From Octopus sinensis (taxonomy: Eukaryota), in the NCBI RefSeq assembly GCF_006345805.1, contig NC_043000.1, positions 47,430,001-47,494,000 of the forward strand: a stretch of DNA of 64,000 nt. The letters run 5' to 3'. This document shows positions 40,503 to 53,529 of the stretch, in pieces (position 1 is the first letter of the stretch; every line of letters begins with the position of its first letter). The position numbers were made by a program, and so were the translations under genes. The notes under the pieces were generated by a model, which searched no databases, was not told where the DNA came from, and worked only from the letters and a program-made list of their open reading frames with translations.

Positions 40503-41701
40503 CTTAAATCGCAATAACCAAGAGAGGGGGAGAGAGAGAGAAAGAGAGAGAAAGGGAGGGAGAGAGAGAGAAAGGGAGAGAAAGGGAGAGAGAGAGAAAG
40601 AGGTGTTATACAACATTATACACGTGACATCAGATAACATTGTTATTGTAAGCTTCCAACAAAAAGCTTTGATTTTTATGTTGTTTAATTCAAACTTGGT
40701 AAAACATAATTTATTAAAACTTGCTTATATCTATTAAACTTAGATGATTTTTCTAAGTTTTATTTTTATTGCCAAAAACCTCTCTAAAGAATCAGAAAGT
40801 TATTGTTCCACATTTGACAAAACATCAGACCCTTGGCAAATTATTTCCAAATCAATGATATATAGTTCTTAATAACACAAATGAGATCTTTAATAGATTA
40901 ACCTTCAATAGTAAAAAAATTATCCTAACAATGTTAATGCATTCTGACAATTTATTCTTCACATCATCCAAGAAAATTTATTAATTCATATTTATGGATA
41001 TATTGATACTTTAAGAAGTTTTTGCTGTTGTTGCAGTTGCTGCTACTGCTGTTGTTGTTTTTGCAAGCGTATCAATAAATATATCTAAGTTTCATAACAA
41101 AGAACAAAACCACCAAATACAATTTAAATTGAATGATTATATGAATAACACAGCAAAGAAAGAAAATACATATATATTTTGCTCGTGTAACAAATTCACA
41201 TTGTCTACTACATAATGTAAGAGGCAAGGAAAAAGGAAATAAACATTGCAAATTCAACAGCATTTAAGTTATAAAATGGCTAGATGATTCAACATCTCTG
41301 ATATGAATTCAGTTTATGACAAAAAACGATATTTTATCTATTATGAAAAGCACAATGATAGCCAATAAGTATGTTTAACATGAATATGTTAAAGCACATA
41401 GAGCTGATAAAGCACATATTCCTTAGCTGTTATCCTCAAAGGATGCTTTGAGACTGTATATAAAGGTATAAATGGAAAGGAAAGAGCAATATGTAATTCA
41501 TATATAATTACGAACATTTTAAGAATTAATACAACCAAATTATATTTATACTACCTGGTGGAAGAATCATACTGTGTACTATTCAAGCTATTGTATATAC
41601 AATATATATCAATAGATTATATTTATGCATGCGTGTGTGTGTGTGAGTGTCTATTTGTCTGTCTGTCTGTTCCTGTGTGTGTATGTTCGTATGTATGTAT
41701 A

Positions 41702-42379
41702 TAGAAGGGGGAAGTTAAAAATTATCAGCACATTCAACAAAACGTATCCTTACTATTGTCACACTGCCTTCTGCGCATGCATTTCTATAGTTGGTACTGT
41801 TGTGGTCATGTGATCGAAGTTTGAGCCTGGTCATGCTGCATTTCTTTCTGGATTTACAGTGTAAGCATGGCCGTTCCACTAGCAATGTACACCGAAGGAG
41901 AACAAAGAACAGTGATCCAATTTCTCTGGTCAGAAAGTGTGTCAAGTGCTGGAAAAGGGGTGCAAGATACAGTGCTTTGCTGGCCAACAAACTGAGGCCA
42001 GTAATTAACACCAAACGCAAAAGCCTATTTTCAAAGAAAGTTTTGTTGTTGCAGGACAATACATGCCCACACATGGCTGCCCAGACAATTGAAACCATTA
42101 ATCAATTGTGCTAAAAGCCTCTGATTAATTTCAGCACCTGACACACCTTCCAACCAGAGAAATCGGAACACTGCACTCTGTTCTTCTTTGGTGCACATTG
42201 CTCGTGGAGCAACCATGCTTACACTGTAAAACAAGAAAGAAAAATGGCATGATGAGGCTCAAACTTCGATCTTGTGACAACAAGAGTACCATCCATAAGC
42301 AAACATGTTCAGAAGGCAGTATGACAATAATAAAGATATGTTATGGCGAAAGTGCAGATACTTTTTGACCCCCCACTCA
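41702..42379. mobile_element. Fold-back mariner derivative with arms of about 250 bp
   Basis: Both arms are the element 5' end (MAVPLAMYTEGEQRTVIQFLWS on +, MCTKEEQSAVFRFLWLEGVSGAEI on -); the spacer encodes LLLQDNTCPH; TA at the right flank. Confidence 0.85.
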
Positions 42380-42703
42380 TATGTATATGTTTGTATGCAT
42401 GTATATGTATCTCTCTCTTATTCTTTTACCTCCTCTTCTCCCACTATTCTATCCTATTACACTGTCATTCTCTCCCTCACTCCTCCTCCCTTGATCGCGT
42501 GGCTCCCACACGACCATCAGCCATCTTTCTTTCTCTCCGTTGTAACTGGAACAAGGAAGATGTGTTCTTGTTTTCTCCTGTCCAAGCTTAGTTTACGCAT
42601 TCGCCACCACAACCTCGTTTAAGCTAAGCAGCCCTCCCTGTTTGTTTTCACTGTGTACATATATATATATATATATATAATATATATATATATATAATAT
42701 ATA

Positions 42704-42761
<58 letters not shown>

Positions 42762-42789
42762 TATATATACATATATGTTTACAGCATAC

Positions 42790-42935
42790 ATGTGTCATAA
42801 GAAGGTTACTTCACAACTACATGGATCTGGGTTCAGTCCCACTGTTGGCATCTTTGGTATGTGTCTTCCACTATAGCTGACGCCCAACCAATGTCTTGCG
42901 AGTGGATTTGATTGAGAGAATCTGAGAGAAGTCCA
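42790..42935 (+). mobile_element. SINE family 1, 5' fragment
   Basis: gggttcagtcccactg..gtgtcttccactatagc..gagtggatttg. Confidence 0.65.
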
Positions 42936-42940
42936 TTATA

Positions 42941-43153
42941 CAAGGGTCAACTGAAAAATTCATAGGCTGACCAAGATACTCTCATGGAATGTGATCAAAT
43001 TTATTTTTCAACGTAATCCTCCTTGCAGTTCACAGACTTCTTCCTTCATAGAAGGGGACTGCAAGGAGGAGATTGTTGGAAAATGAACCTCATTCGGTCA
43101 CATTGAAGGAGAATACCTTGGGTAACTTATGAACTTTTCAATTGACCCTCATG
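42941..43153. mobile_element. Palindromic mariner-type MITE
   Basis: TA-caagggtcaactgaaaaattcatagg versus revcomp gagggtcaattgaaaagttcataag; imperfect arms of about 95 bp. Confidence 0.75.
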
Positions 43154-43504
43154 TATAGTTCTAGCTGGCAGTACATATTTTGAACGTCCTTCAAAATACC
43201 TTGCAATATTAAGAATTACACCTAATTTCAGTTCATTTTATGATAGATAAATTTGTCCAGGCAATAGGTTGTATTAATGGACAAGTGAATATAATTGAAT
43301 ATACTTGAAATCAATGCCCCTGTATGGCTACATACAATCAAAAGAAACAAGCGAAAGACCTAATATTATAAAATGATCCTAGAAGATATCCCTCAATAGG
43401 GGATCAGTCATTCCCTCTACAAATAAATTCAAAGAATATATTATTTTCACATGAATATGTATATCACCAAAGGACATTATTGAGTAAGTGCAATTAATAA
43501 TTAC

Positions 43505-43534
43505 CAGCAAGATTCGAACTCTGCATCATCATCC

Positions 43535-43578
<44 letters not shown>

Positions 43579-43990
43579 TCCATGACCACCACCACCACAA
43601 ACATCGTCATCATTGTCGTCATCGTCCTCATCATTATCATCATCATTTAACGTCCATGTTTCATGCTAACATGGGTCAGACAGTACCACAAGAACTGGTG
43701 AGCCTAAAGTCTGTACCAGAGATCTGTGACTGTTTTGGCAGGAGTTTTACAGCTGGATGCCCTTCCTAACACCAACCATTCAGCAGAGTGGACTTAGTGC
43801 TTTTTTCATAGCACAAGCACTGGCAAGGTGAGCAGTGCTTTTTATGTGGCACAAGCACAGGCAAGGTAGGTAGTGCTTTTTACGTGGCACATGCACAAGT
43901 GAGGTCACTTTTGGCAAGGTTTTTACAGCTGGATGCTCTTCCGAACACCAACCACTTTACAATGAGGACTTGGTGCTTTTATGTTGCAAC
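43505..43990 (-). mobile_element. RTE-type 3' UTR/tail with (CAT)n tract
   Basis: catttaacgtcc..cagctggatgcccttcctaacaccaac and repeated gtgctttttatgtggcac units, antisense to 45670-46195. Confidence 0.75.
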
Positions 43991-44091
43991 TGCACTGACA
44001 GTGTCACCAAATACTTGCAAGAGAGAAACTTTCATCTATAGGATTAATGAGGATCAGTAAAATAATTCGCAATACCTTCATTACAGCATAG

Positions 44092-44268
44092 TGGAGACAC
44101 ATGGCTTAGTGGTTAGGGTGTTGGACTCATGATCATCAGATTGTGGTTTCAATTCCCGGACTAGGTAACATGTTGTGTTTTTGAGCAAAGCACTTCATTT
44201 CATGTTGTTCCAGTCCACTAAGCTAGCAAAAATGAGTAATCCTGTGATGGAGTGGCATCCCATCCAGC
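44092..44268 (+). mobile_element. tRNA-headed SINE sharing the family 3 core but with a different tail
   Basis: acatggcttagtggttaggg..gtttcaattccc; core tttgagcaaagcacttcatttcatgttgttccagtccac; tail cctgtgatggagtggcatcccatccag. Confidence 0.75.
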
Positions 44269-44269
44269 T

Positions 44270-46030
44270 GTGGCTGGTGTCAAGTCCCTTCCATATCTAG
44301 GGTAGCATGGAGATGGAGCAACACTATAGAAAGGGTCATTAGAGCAAAGAAACAGGCTCAGAATGCTTGGAAGAGTGGGTGTAGCAGGGGAGTAGCAGAT
44401 CCGTCAATTCCATATATGGTGGTCAACGTGGAAACTGGGGATAGACAAGTGGTTGGTAAGAGCTGTACAAACCCTGTACAGGGATGCTGTCAGTAAGGTG
44501 AGGTTTGGCAATGAATATAGTGAAGAATTCCAAATAGAAGTAGGTGTTCACCAAGGATCAGTTCTCAGCGCCCTCTTGTTCATTATAGTCCTCCAGGCAA
44601 TAACAGAGGAATTCAATACAGGCTGCCCCTGGGAACTTCCCTATGTTGATGACTTTCCTCTAATAACCGAGTCACTGCCAGAACTTGAGACGTGTGGAAG
44701 CAAGGTCTAGAATCGAAGGGCCTCAGGATTAATCTAGCAAAAATCAAAGTAGGAAAGCTGCCAATTCACAAACCCCTTCATGTAGATGGCCCTGCTCAAT
44801 CTGTAGGAAAAGTATGGGTAGAAATTCCAGATGATGTATCTGGTGTAAGCTATGCAGTAATATCAAAGCAAAGTTAATGGGAAGATAGTTTTTGTATATG
44901 GCATATGCACAGGGGCAATAAATACTGAAGTTGTACAGAAAACAGATTCCTTCACATGCCAGTGGGAGAAACTAGAAGTCTGTAGTTGGGGTGGTTGCTC
45001 TGAGAGTGTAGCGGCTAGAATAAGAATAGCCTATGCAAAGGGGGGTTCCTACCTCTTCTGGCAACTAAGGGCCTCTCGCTCAGGATGGAAGGTAGACTGT
45101 ATGATGAATGTGTGTGAACCGCCATGCTACATGACAGTGAAACATGGGCCATGACTGCAGAGGACATGCATAGGCTTGAAAGAAACAAAGCTAGTATGAT
45201 CCGCTGGATGTGTAATGTCAGTGTGCATACGCAACAGAGTGTAAGCACCCCGAGAGAAAAGTTGGGCATAAGGAGCATCAAATTTGGTGTGGAAGAGAAA
45301 CAACTGTACTGGTATGGTCATGTGCTATGTATGGATGAGGACAGCTGTGTGAGGAAGTGCCACTCAATAACTGTTGAAGGAACCTGTAGAAGAGGTAGAC
45401 CTAGGAAGATATGGGATGAGATGATGAAGTGTGAACATCGAACATTGGGGCCCCACAGAGACAATGACAGGAGACCAAGACCTTTGGAGATATGATGTGA
45501 TCGAGAAGACCTGGCAACTAAAGTGAGATCGCAGCCATGCATGTCCGGCCCAGTTAAGAGTACCCCTGATGTGTCAGGCGATATGTTATGCTTGAGAAGA
45601 TCTGTTGAGCCGAATAAAATCAATATCATAGCTGTGGCCAGTGCTCCCTGACAGGCTCCTGTGCAGGCGGCACATAAAAAGCACCATCCGAACGTGGCCG
45701 ATGCCAGTAACCCCTTACTGGCTCCTGAGCTAGTGACACATAAAAAGCACCATCTGAACATGGCCAATGCTATTGCCCCCTGACTAGTTCCTATGCCATG
45801 GCATGTAAAGAGCACTATCCGAACATGATCGATCCCAAGCCTGCCTGCCTGGCTCCTGTGCTAGTGGCACGTAAAAAGCACCCAATAGACTCTCAGAGTG
45901 GTTGGCATTAGGAAGGGCATCCAGCTGTAGAAACATTGCCAGATCAGATTGGAGTCTGGTGCAACCGCTGGTTCTCCAGACCTAAGTCAAACCATCCAAC
46001 CCATGCTAGTATGGAAAACGGACGTTAAAC
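44270..46030 (+). mobile_element. RTE-clade LINE, 5'-truncated and decayed
   Basis: RT motifs GVHQGSVLSALLFIIVLQ and PWELPYVDD; C-terminal MLHDSETW..LYWYGHV..RGRPRKIW; repetitive 3' UTR; (GAT)n tail. Confidence 0.92.
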
Positions 46031-46041
46031 GATGATGATGG

Positions 46042-46097
<56 letters not shown>

Positions 46098-46127
46098 GTG
46101 ATGATGATGATGATGATGATGATGATG

Positions 46128-46174
<47 letters not shown>

Positions 46175-46194
46175 GTGATGATGATGATGATGAT
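46031..46194 (+). repeat. (GAT)n tail of the RTE element
   Basis: Seen directly; source of the poly-H/S/I ORFs. Confidence 0.95.
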
Positions 46195-46735
46195 ATATAT
46201 ATACATATATATAGGTGGTGCTCCAATATATGGTGATGACCACAGCTGCATAGCTGAAATGAGTAATGGAATAAAAGAATGTATGTATAATTTAAAACGC
46301 ATATAATAAATGCACCAACAAATGGAAAATAGATACAGAAGGTCACGAAATCCTCATCAGTTATCAGCCTGGATATCAAATGCAATTTCACACCTTCAAC
46401 ACTAATATTGGTCCCCTCTGGTGGCACTAGCCCCAAGAAGACCCTGGGAAATGGTGAACCCACGAACAAGGACCACACATTACAAAAAGTGAGCAAACAA
46501 ACAAGAAATAAACAATATGCAATACAGAAAGTGAACATACATCCATGAAAGAAATGTGCTTCAAGAAAGACGAGACCATTAGTAGATGGACGAGGGACAA
46601 GCACGAAACAAAACAAAATGTGGACATACAAAGTGAAATAAATAAATTGAATACAGACTTAGGGGCAAACAGGGCATGAAAATATGGTTAGAAACAGGAC
46701 AACAGATGACAGCAGTATACACCCCCACCCCATAC

Positions 46736-46783
<48 letters not shown>

Positions 46784-48454
46784 CGCACATTCACATTATA
46801 TATATATACACACTCACACGCACACACATACACACACGCATATATGCTTATATATAAATAGATATGTATATAGATAAATTGATAGGTAGATATGCATGTG
46901 TGCGTGTATACATACACACATACACACATACATATATATATATATATACATACATAAATATACATATATTTCTGTATGCATTCAGACAATGTTGATAAAA
47001 ATAAACCTCCTGTATGCTAATACATTATTTTCTTATATCTTAGATGCTGTTTTAGGTCACCATGACACGAGAATTAAAATAATAAAGCAAGATTTGAAAA
47101 CAGAAGTTTTCTTATCTAATTTTTTAAATATCATTTTGTTTTTCCTTTCTGTATTGTACATGAAATAAACAAGGTCTTCTCTTACAAAGCAATAAAGTTA
47201 CAAAATTTTCTGACTGCAATTTCTTTGTGCTGATTTTTTTTTTTTTTCTGAAATGCTATTTTTTTTAGTATAATGATGGCATTTTAATATCTGGAAACAT
47301 TCTGGTGGCCCCAAAACAACATTGATAGAATGAAGACTCGTTTTGTTTTGCTATTACCCTTTTATATTTGTTTTTTTATTGATGCTTTTTTTTTTGTTAT
47401 CCTGGTGCGCTAATGAGGGAGAAAATCTCAGAAACGTTCATATATACAAAAGAATATCTTTCTTTTTATATACATGCTCACGTACCACAGACATGCACAC
47501 TCATGTACGCATATACACATACATGAACATATACATTCATATATATATATATACATGAACATACACATATACATTCATATATATATATATTTATATATGT
47601 GTGTATGTGTGTATGTATTCATACATATTTATGTGTGCATGTAGATGTAGATTCATACTTTTATATATGTGTATGTATAGATTCATACATATAGATTGTA
47701 ACATATATATATATATAACCACACATAAACACAGAAACACATATTCTTAATTTTTTTTGTAATCTCTTGCTAATTGGGTTGTAGGGGCTATAAGGCATTG
47801 AGATATATCATCATCGTCGTCGTCGTCGTCGTCGTCATCATCTCCGTCATCATCATCCTCATCCTCATCCTCCTCCTCCTCCTCATCATCATCATCATCA
47901 TCGTCAGTGCCATCATCATTTTGTTTTCCATTTTCCCATGTGTGGGTTAGATAAGTTTGCAGTATAGATAGGTTATCCTTTTCATTATTTTCTTTCACCA
48001 TGTGCCATTCCATCTATAAATCTTCACCTCTATAGGTATAACTTTACCAATTTCCTCTGCATTTTTCTCCTTTGCCACAGGATAACTTATGCTATCAGCC
48101 TTCAGCATATATTATCTTAGCTGTTGTGAAAATCACACACCACAGAACCATAACCATCTGTCAACACAGAACCACTATGTCTCTTCCACTCTTACAGTTC
48201 TGTCTTTTAGGTCTTACCATTTTCTCATCTCACTTGTTATCTGCCAATAAATCAACAATACGTTACTTCATAATACTTAACACAGCATTTAAATTTTCAG
48301 CTGACTGCTCTCCAACCTGGCACAAACCTTACACACTAAACGCTCGTGTCTCACAATTATAATGCCTTGTATTCCCTAAACTTATCTTATTCGGTGTATC
48401 TTTTGTTGGTGGGGAAGAAACCCCATTTTGTTTTCACTTTTAAATGCTACTTAC

Positions 48455-48499
48455 ATGGTAACAAAGAAGTGTCTAAAGTTTTGTGACTTTTGTCTCTGT
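48455..48499 (-). CDS. Candidate 45-nt symmetric exon: (D)RDKSHKTLDTSLLP
   Basis: Acceptor catctcttttcAG, donor GTAAGT; phase 1-1, compatible with 50755-50958. Confidence 0.35.
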
Positions 48500-48681
48500 C
48501 TGAAAAGAGATGGTTGGAGCCTTCTTTTGAACTGAGGAATTTTGCAACAGATACAGAAGGTCATGTGTTGGTATTACACTGGTCACAGATCAAATGTACT
48601 TTCACTGAGATTAGATATAGTCCACAGGACAGACTTTCATTCAGTTCACTCAAAACTTTTTTGTGTTAAACAGCAGCAATA

Positions 48682-49203
48682 CCGTAAATCCTTGAGTATA
48701 GTCCACCCTTGAGTATAATATGCAGTGGATTTTTAGGGGGCTGTACTTCTGAAAAAACTAAACCTTGTGTATAATACGCATCCCTTCTCTAACTTGAGTT
48801 GAACGTAATTAAGACAGCAGCACCTAGTCGAACAAACACTTCCGCGCATGTGTAATACAATAATGGTGATGTTCTTAACTGTTATAAGGGAATGTAAATA
48901 TGTTTGCAAATTGTTTTTGTTACATGTTATTCTGTGTTCTGAATACTTGTATTTTAATAAATGTTGCTTACTGCAAGTTATGGATGATTCTTTTATGACT
49001 TCACTGCTTTCAAGCTTAGCTTAAGGTATTTTCCCGTCCGACATCACAAAATGCGTCTGAATAAACATTGCCGGACAGCAAATAGAGACTCTGACATTGC
49101 TTAGAAAATATTTTAAATGTTTAACCTCGTATATAGTACGCACTAGGGATTTTGACCTTTAAATTTTGGGGAAAAAGTGCGGATTATACTCGAGGATTTA
49201 CGG
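48682..49203. mobile_element. Tc2/pogo-type MITE (CCGTA ends)
   Basis: TA flanks; TIRs CCGTAAATCCTTGAGTATAGTCC and revcomp CCGTAAATCCTCGAGTATAATCC; non-coding 522 bp. Confidence 0.85.
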
Positions 49204-50143
49204 TAGTCAAAAATCCAATGTCACATACTAGGAATGAAACCTAGAATCAGAGAGTTGGGAAGCAAACCTTTTAACTAGTCATTTTGTTCCGCACCGAATA
49301 GAGTTGTCAATTTGAATATTTTGGTTTAGTTACTATACAGTTATTATAACCCGCTCCAGCACAAAATTCCTTTGCTAACTTTTTGAAATATATTTTTTGA
49401 TACAACAAATCTGTGTGGTACACACTTAATTTCAGTTGCCTGTAAATTTCATTATTATTTACTCCTTCACATTTGCCTCGTCTGAAGCCTTGGTTTCTTT
49501 TCAGCCAAGTTTGAAATTATGACCTTTCTCAATCACACTTCATGATATTTTTTGATTTTGACAACTGGCCAGCTATTTTGAAGAGAGAGGGTTAGCCAAT
49601 ACCATAATTCCAAGTACTTGACAGATACTTTATTTTATCAATGTTGAAAGAATGAGAAACAGAACTGACCTCAACAAGATCTTAACTCATAATGTTAAGA
49701 ATCTGAACAAATACCATAATATATGATGCAAGCTTTCAGAATTTTAGATTGTTGGTAAAAAATTATACCTCATAAAAATAACTAATTCTTGTCGAATTGC
49801 ACAATTATTTTACAAGCTACTACACCCAACCAAAACCTTATTGTTTTAGAGATTTTATTTATGGAATATTTCTTCAGGCTTTAAAACTTTTCCTGAAACT
49901 CATTCATTGACTTGGCATAAAGAACAAAGTTCTCGGTTTATGCAGCTAAAATATGACATTGATATGATTTACTATATATTTTTATAGTATGTTTTTACTG
50001 AAATGGATTCTTTGATATAAATTTATGTTCGTCTATTATTTTATATGGATAGAAAATGTATACTACGAATGTTAGTGAATTTTTAGTTGACATGGTTTTT
50101 TAGAAAAGAATATAAAAGAATATAAACTACCATTATCACTCAC

Positions 50144-50636
50144 AAGTGTGGAGGTGCAATGGCCCAGCGGTTAGGGCAGTGGACTCGCGGTCGTAGGATC
50201 AAGGTTTCGATTCCCAGACCGGGCATTGTGAGTGTTTATTCAGTGAAAACGCCTAAAGCTCCACAAGGCTCCAGCAGGGGTGGGTGAACCCTGCTGTGCT
50301 CTTTCACCACAACTTTCTTTCACTCTTTCTTCCTGTTTCTGTTGTACCTGTATTTCAAAAGGCCAGCCTTGTCACACTCCCTGAGAACTACGTTAAGAGT
50401 ACACGTATCTGTGGAGTGCTCAGTCACTTGCACGTTAATAAATGAGCTGCGACATCACTGGTGCCAAGCTGTATCGACCTTTTCCTTTCCCTTGGATAAC
50501 ATCGGTGGTGTGGAGAGGGGAGGCTGGCATGCATCGGCGACTGCTGGTCTTCCATGAACAACCTTGCCCAGACTTGTGCCTAGGAGGGTAACTTTCTAGG
50601 CGCAATCCCATGGTCATTCATGACCGAAGGGGGTCA
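50144..50636 (+). mobile_element. Chimeric SINE (different head and body, plus tail X of family 3)
   Basis: tRNA head ggtgcaatggcccagcggttaggg..gtttcgattccc; 50441-50636 matches the reverse complement of 35492-35696. Confidence 0.85.
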
Positions 50637-50754
50637 CAACAATCGCTCACAAGTACCTATGACTTGATATGACGTACCACGCTTTCTTTAAGTGTTTTTA
50701 AGGTTCCATGTAGTTGTGTCATGTAATTGTGAGCAGACATAGACACACTCTTAC

Positions 50755-50958
50755 CCTTAACCAAGCTAAACATTATTTTAGTTGAGTTAACTAGAGCTGC
50801 ATTAAATGAAATGCTTTCTTCAAAGACACAATGTGCTACCAGTGCAGCAACTAAACTCATGGCATTATAACTATCAGGAAAATTGTTAGTAAGCCAAACA
50901 TGCCTTCTTAGTGAACGATAGAATATGTTAAAATGCAATATAAAATCTTCTTCCAACA
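50755..50958 (-). CDS. Probable internal coding exon of an unidentified protein: (x)LEEDFILHFNIFYRSLRRHVWLTNNFPDSYNAMSLVAALVAHCVFEESISFNAALVNSTKIMFSLVK
   Basis: 204 nt (multiple of 3), phase 1-1; acceptor cccctttaagtaccttttAG, donor AAGG|GTAAGA; stop-free, non-repetitive, protein-like composition. Confidence 0.6.
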
Positions 50959-51147
50959 CTAAAAGGTACTTAAAGGGGACTTTCAGTTATGGCTAAATGA
51001 AATTATGCAGTTGAGAGATAAATTTCATCACAGACATGACACAAAATTAAGTTAGTGTGAAAATATTTATTGCAAGGAGCATGGAGAAAGTTAACTGGAA
51101 ATAATTATGCAATGTGCAAAACAAAACGAAGCAAAACACTATTAATC

Positions 51148-51354
51148 TTTTATCTGTTTCAGTCATTGGACTATGACCATCCTGGGATACTGATTTAAAG
51201 GGCTGAATTGTGTAAATCAGCACCAGCACTTATCTTTCTTAAGTCTGTTACTTATTCTATCGGTCTATATTACCAAACTACTAATTTACAGGGGTATAAA
51301 CAAACCAACAGTGGCTGTCAAGTGGCAGCGAGGAACAAACATAGACACACGCAT

Positions 51355-51444
<90 letters not shown>

Positions 51445-51612
51445 ATTCATGATGGGCTACATAGAGTTTCCATCTAGCAGGTCCAGTAATTCAATCACAA
51501 GGCTTTGGTCAGCCTGAGGCTATAGTAGACAACGCTTACCCAAGGTGCTATGCAGTAAAACTAAACACAAAGCAATATAGTTGGGAATGAATCTTCTTAC
51601 CACATAGCCGCA
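51148..51612 (-). mobile_element. SINE family 1, degenerate full-length copy with internal (TA)n
   Basis: Tail gtttcagtcattggac and head cttaccacatagcc. Confidence 0.7.
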
Positions 51613-52460
51613 TCTACAAGTATTATTAATGATTAATGTTAAAAATAATTTCATTATTTAAGTAAGTACAGTGGGCAACCTCAAACATGTTTCAGTTTGA
51701 TTGTGGACCTCATCAGATAATAAAACTAGATGAACAAGAAGCAGTATAGAATAAGGTTCCTTCGCTCAGAAAAGCAATAAAATATGTTAAAGTATTTGAA
51801 CTTAGGTTATGACTTAGTAGTATCATATTTCATCTTGATAGTCATCGTGCTTCCCCAAAGCAAATTTCAATAGGAGTGTTTCTTTCATTTATTTTTTATA
51901 ATTAGCTTGAAGTTTTGTTTCTGTCTTTTGAAAGTTGAGGAGTGTTGTGATATTAAATATCAATTTTAGATATCACCTTCTAAGCTAAGTGTCAATGTTT
52001 GAGTGTCTCTGTATGAGATCTTCTATATAAAAAGTACTGTATGATTAAAAGGTTCTCCTGTTGACAATTATGTTCACTTTAATAATGTATTGCATTGCTG
52101 CCTCTTTGCTACAGGCAAGATAATTAGCTTTTATGATCTCGAAATATAGATAAGATAGGTTGAAACAATAATAAGAAGAAACAACATAAATAAATAGAGA
52201 AATATGCAAATATGCAAAACGGAATTCATATATTCATGTGTATGCATACATACATATAGGTGTATAAATATATGTGTGCGTGAGTGTGTGTGTATGTATA
52301 TTTATATCTCATGCTATAGAACAGAGTATGCCTGACAGATGCAAACAGATCACATATACATGTGTGCCTGTATATATGCGTGTCCATGTGTGTGCGCGTA
52401 TGTGAGTGTGTGTGTGCCTGATTGTGTGTTTGTGCGTGTGTGTATGTGTGTGTGTGTGTG

Positions 52461-52505
<45 letters not shown>

Positions 52506-53529
52506 TGTGCTGTTTATACAATATTGCAGATTGCTCTCATAATAGCCAATTTAAGTTACTGAGTGGTTTCGTGCTGAAGAAATTTCCAATGTCTTAGATG
52601 TAAAAGTATGGCTGCGACTTAGGCTGCCTGTGACTTTAGCCACTGGCAGCCTGAGTCACACACCTGTTTTATAAGTCTGTGAGTTACTGTGGAGAAAAAT
52701 ATAATAAAACATGAATGAAAAAGTACAAAGTAATCAGAGTAAAAGCAAAAACGAGGCTTGCTCTTAATATCTTCAGATTTATGTTCCTTTTAACAGGAGT
52801 CCTGCGTATCACTATCCAAGGTGCAATTGTCCATCCTAGTTTTCTATATCTGACTGTGAGTGGGAAAGTGGATAAGGATGGGGTGGAGAGATTGATGGGG
52901 ATTGAGGGAAAGAGGGATATAAATGCAGGAGGGACGTAGAGGAGGCTATTTTAAATGCATCTGTCACTGCACTTATATATGGTTGTGTATAGGTGCTGTG
53001 TGTGGAGAAGATTAACTTCTAGTTTGTGGTGAGGGAAGCATTAATGGATGAAGGACCGAATCTTATGGTAAGAATGGGACCATTTGGCTAAGTTGTATTT
53101 ACGTTCATGTGGACAAAAGAGAAATGCCTTGATTTTAAATTTAAGTAGGCATTCCTCAATGTAAGTGGATAATGAAATGATGATGATCAGGTGAAGGTGA
53201 TATACTTTTTTTTATTCTTGCTAGTGTATTGAAACATATATGTATTACATATATATGCAGTGAAGACTGGCCAGGTTGTCAGCTTGCTCGATGGCAAGTG
53301 GGCCCTTTAAGACATTAGAGTCCATATACAGGAGCCCATGCGAGTATGTAAGGGGTCTATGAAATCAAAACATTGCTTTCGGAAAAAAGAAAAACAATTA
53401 TGCAAAGCGGTTAAAGAAATCCCTAGGAAATTAATAGAAACCGAAATGGATGGTGCAGCAGACAGCTAGTCTGTGGTGATAAAGTGTAACTAAAGTTATA
53501 TACATATTAATGCATACACACATATTAAA

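Noticed and set aside
47747-48013. Acidic poly-D/E ORF
   Set aside because: Driven by a (GAT/GAC/GAG)n repeat; no clear splice support.
52797-52855. Plus-strand 59-nt exon-like segment (GVLRITIQGAIVHPSFLYLT) with good splice sites
   Set aside because: Isolated, antisense to the better-supported gene and within probable decayed repeat sequence; unresolved rather than supported.
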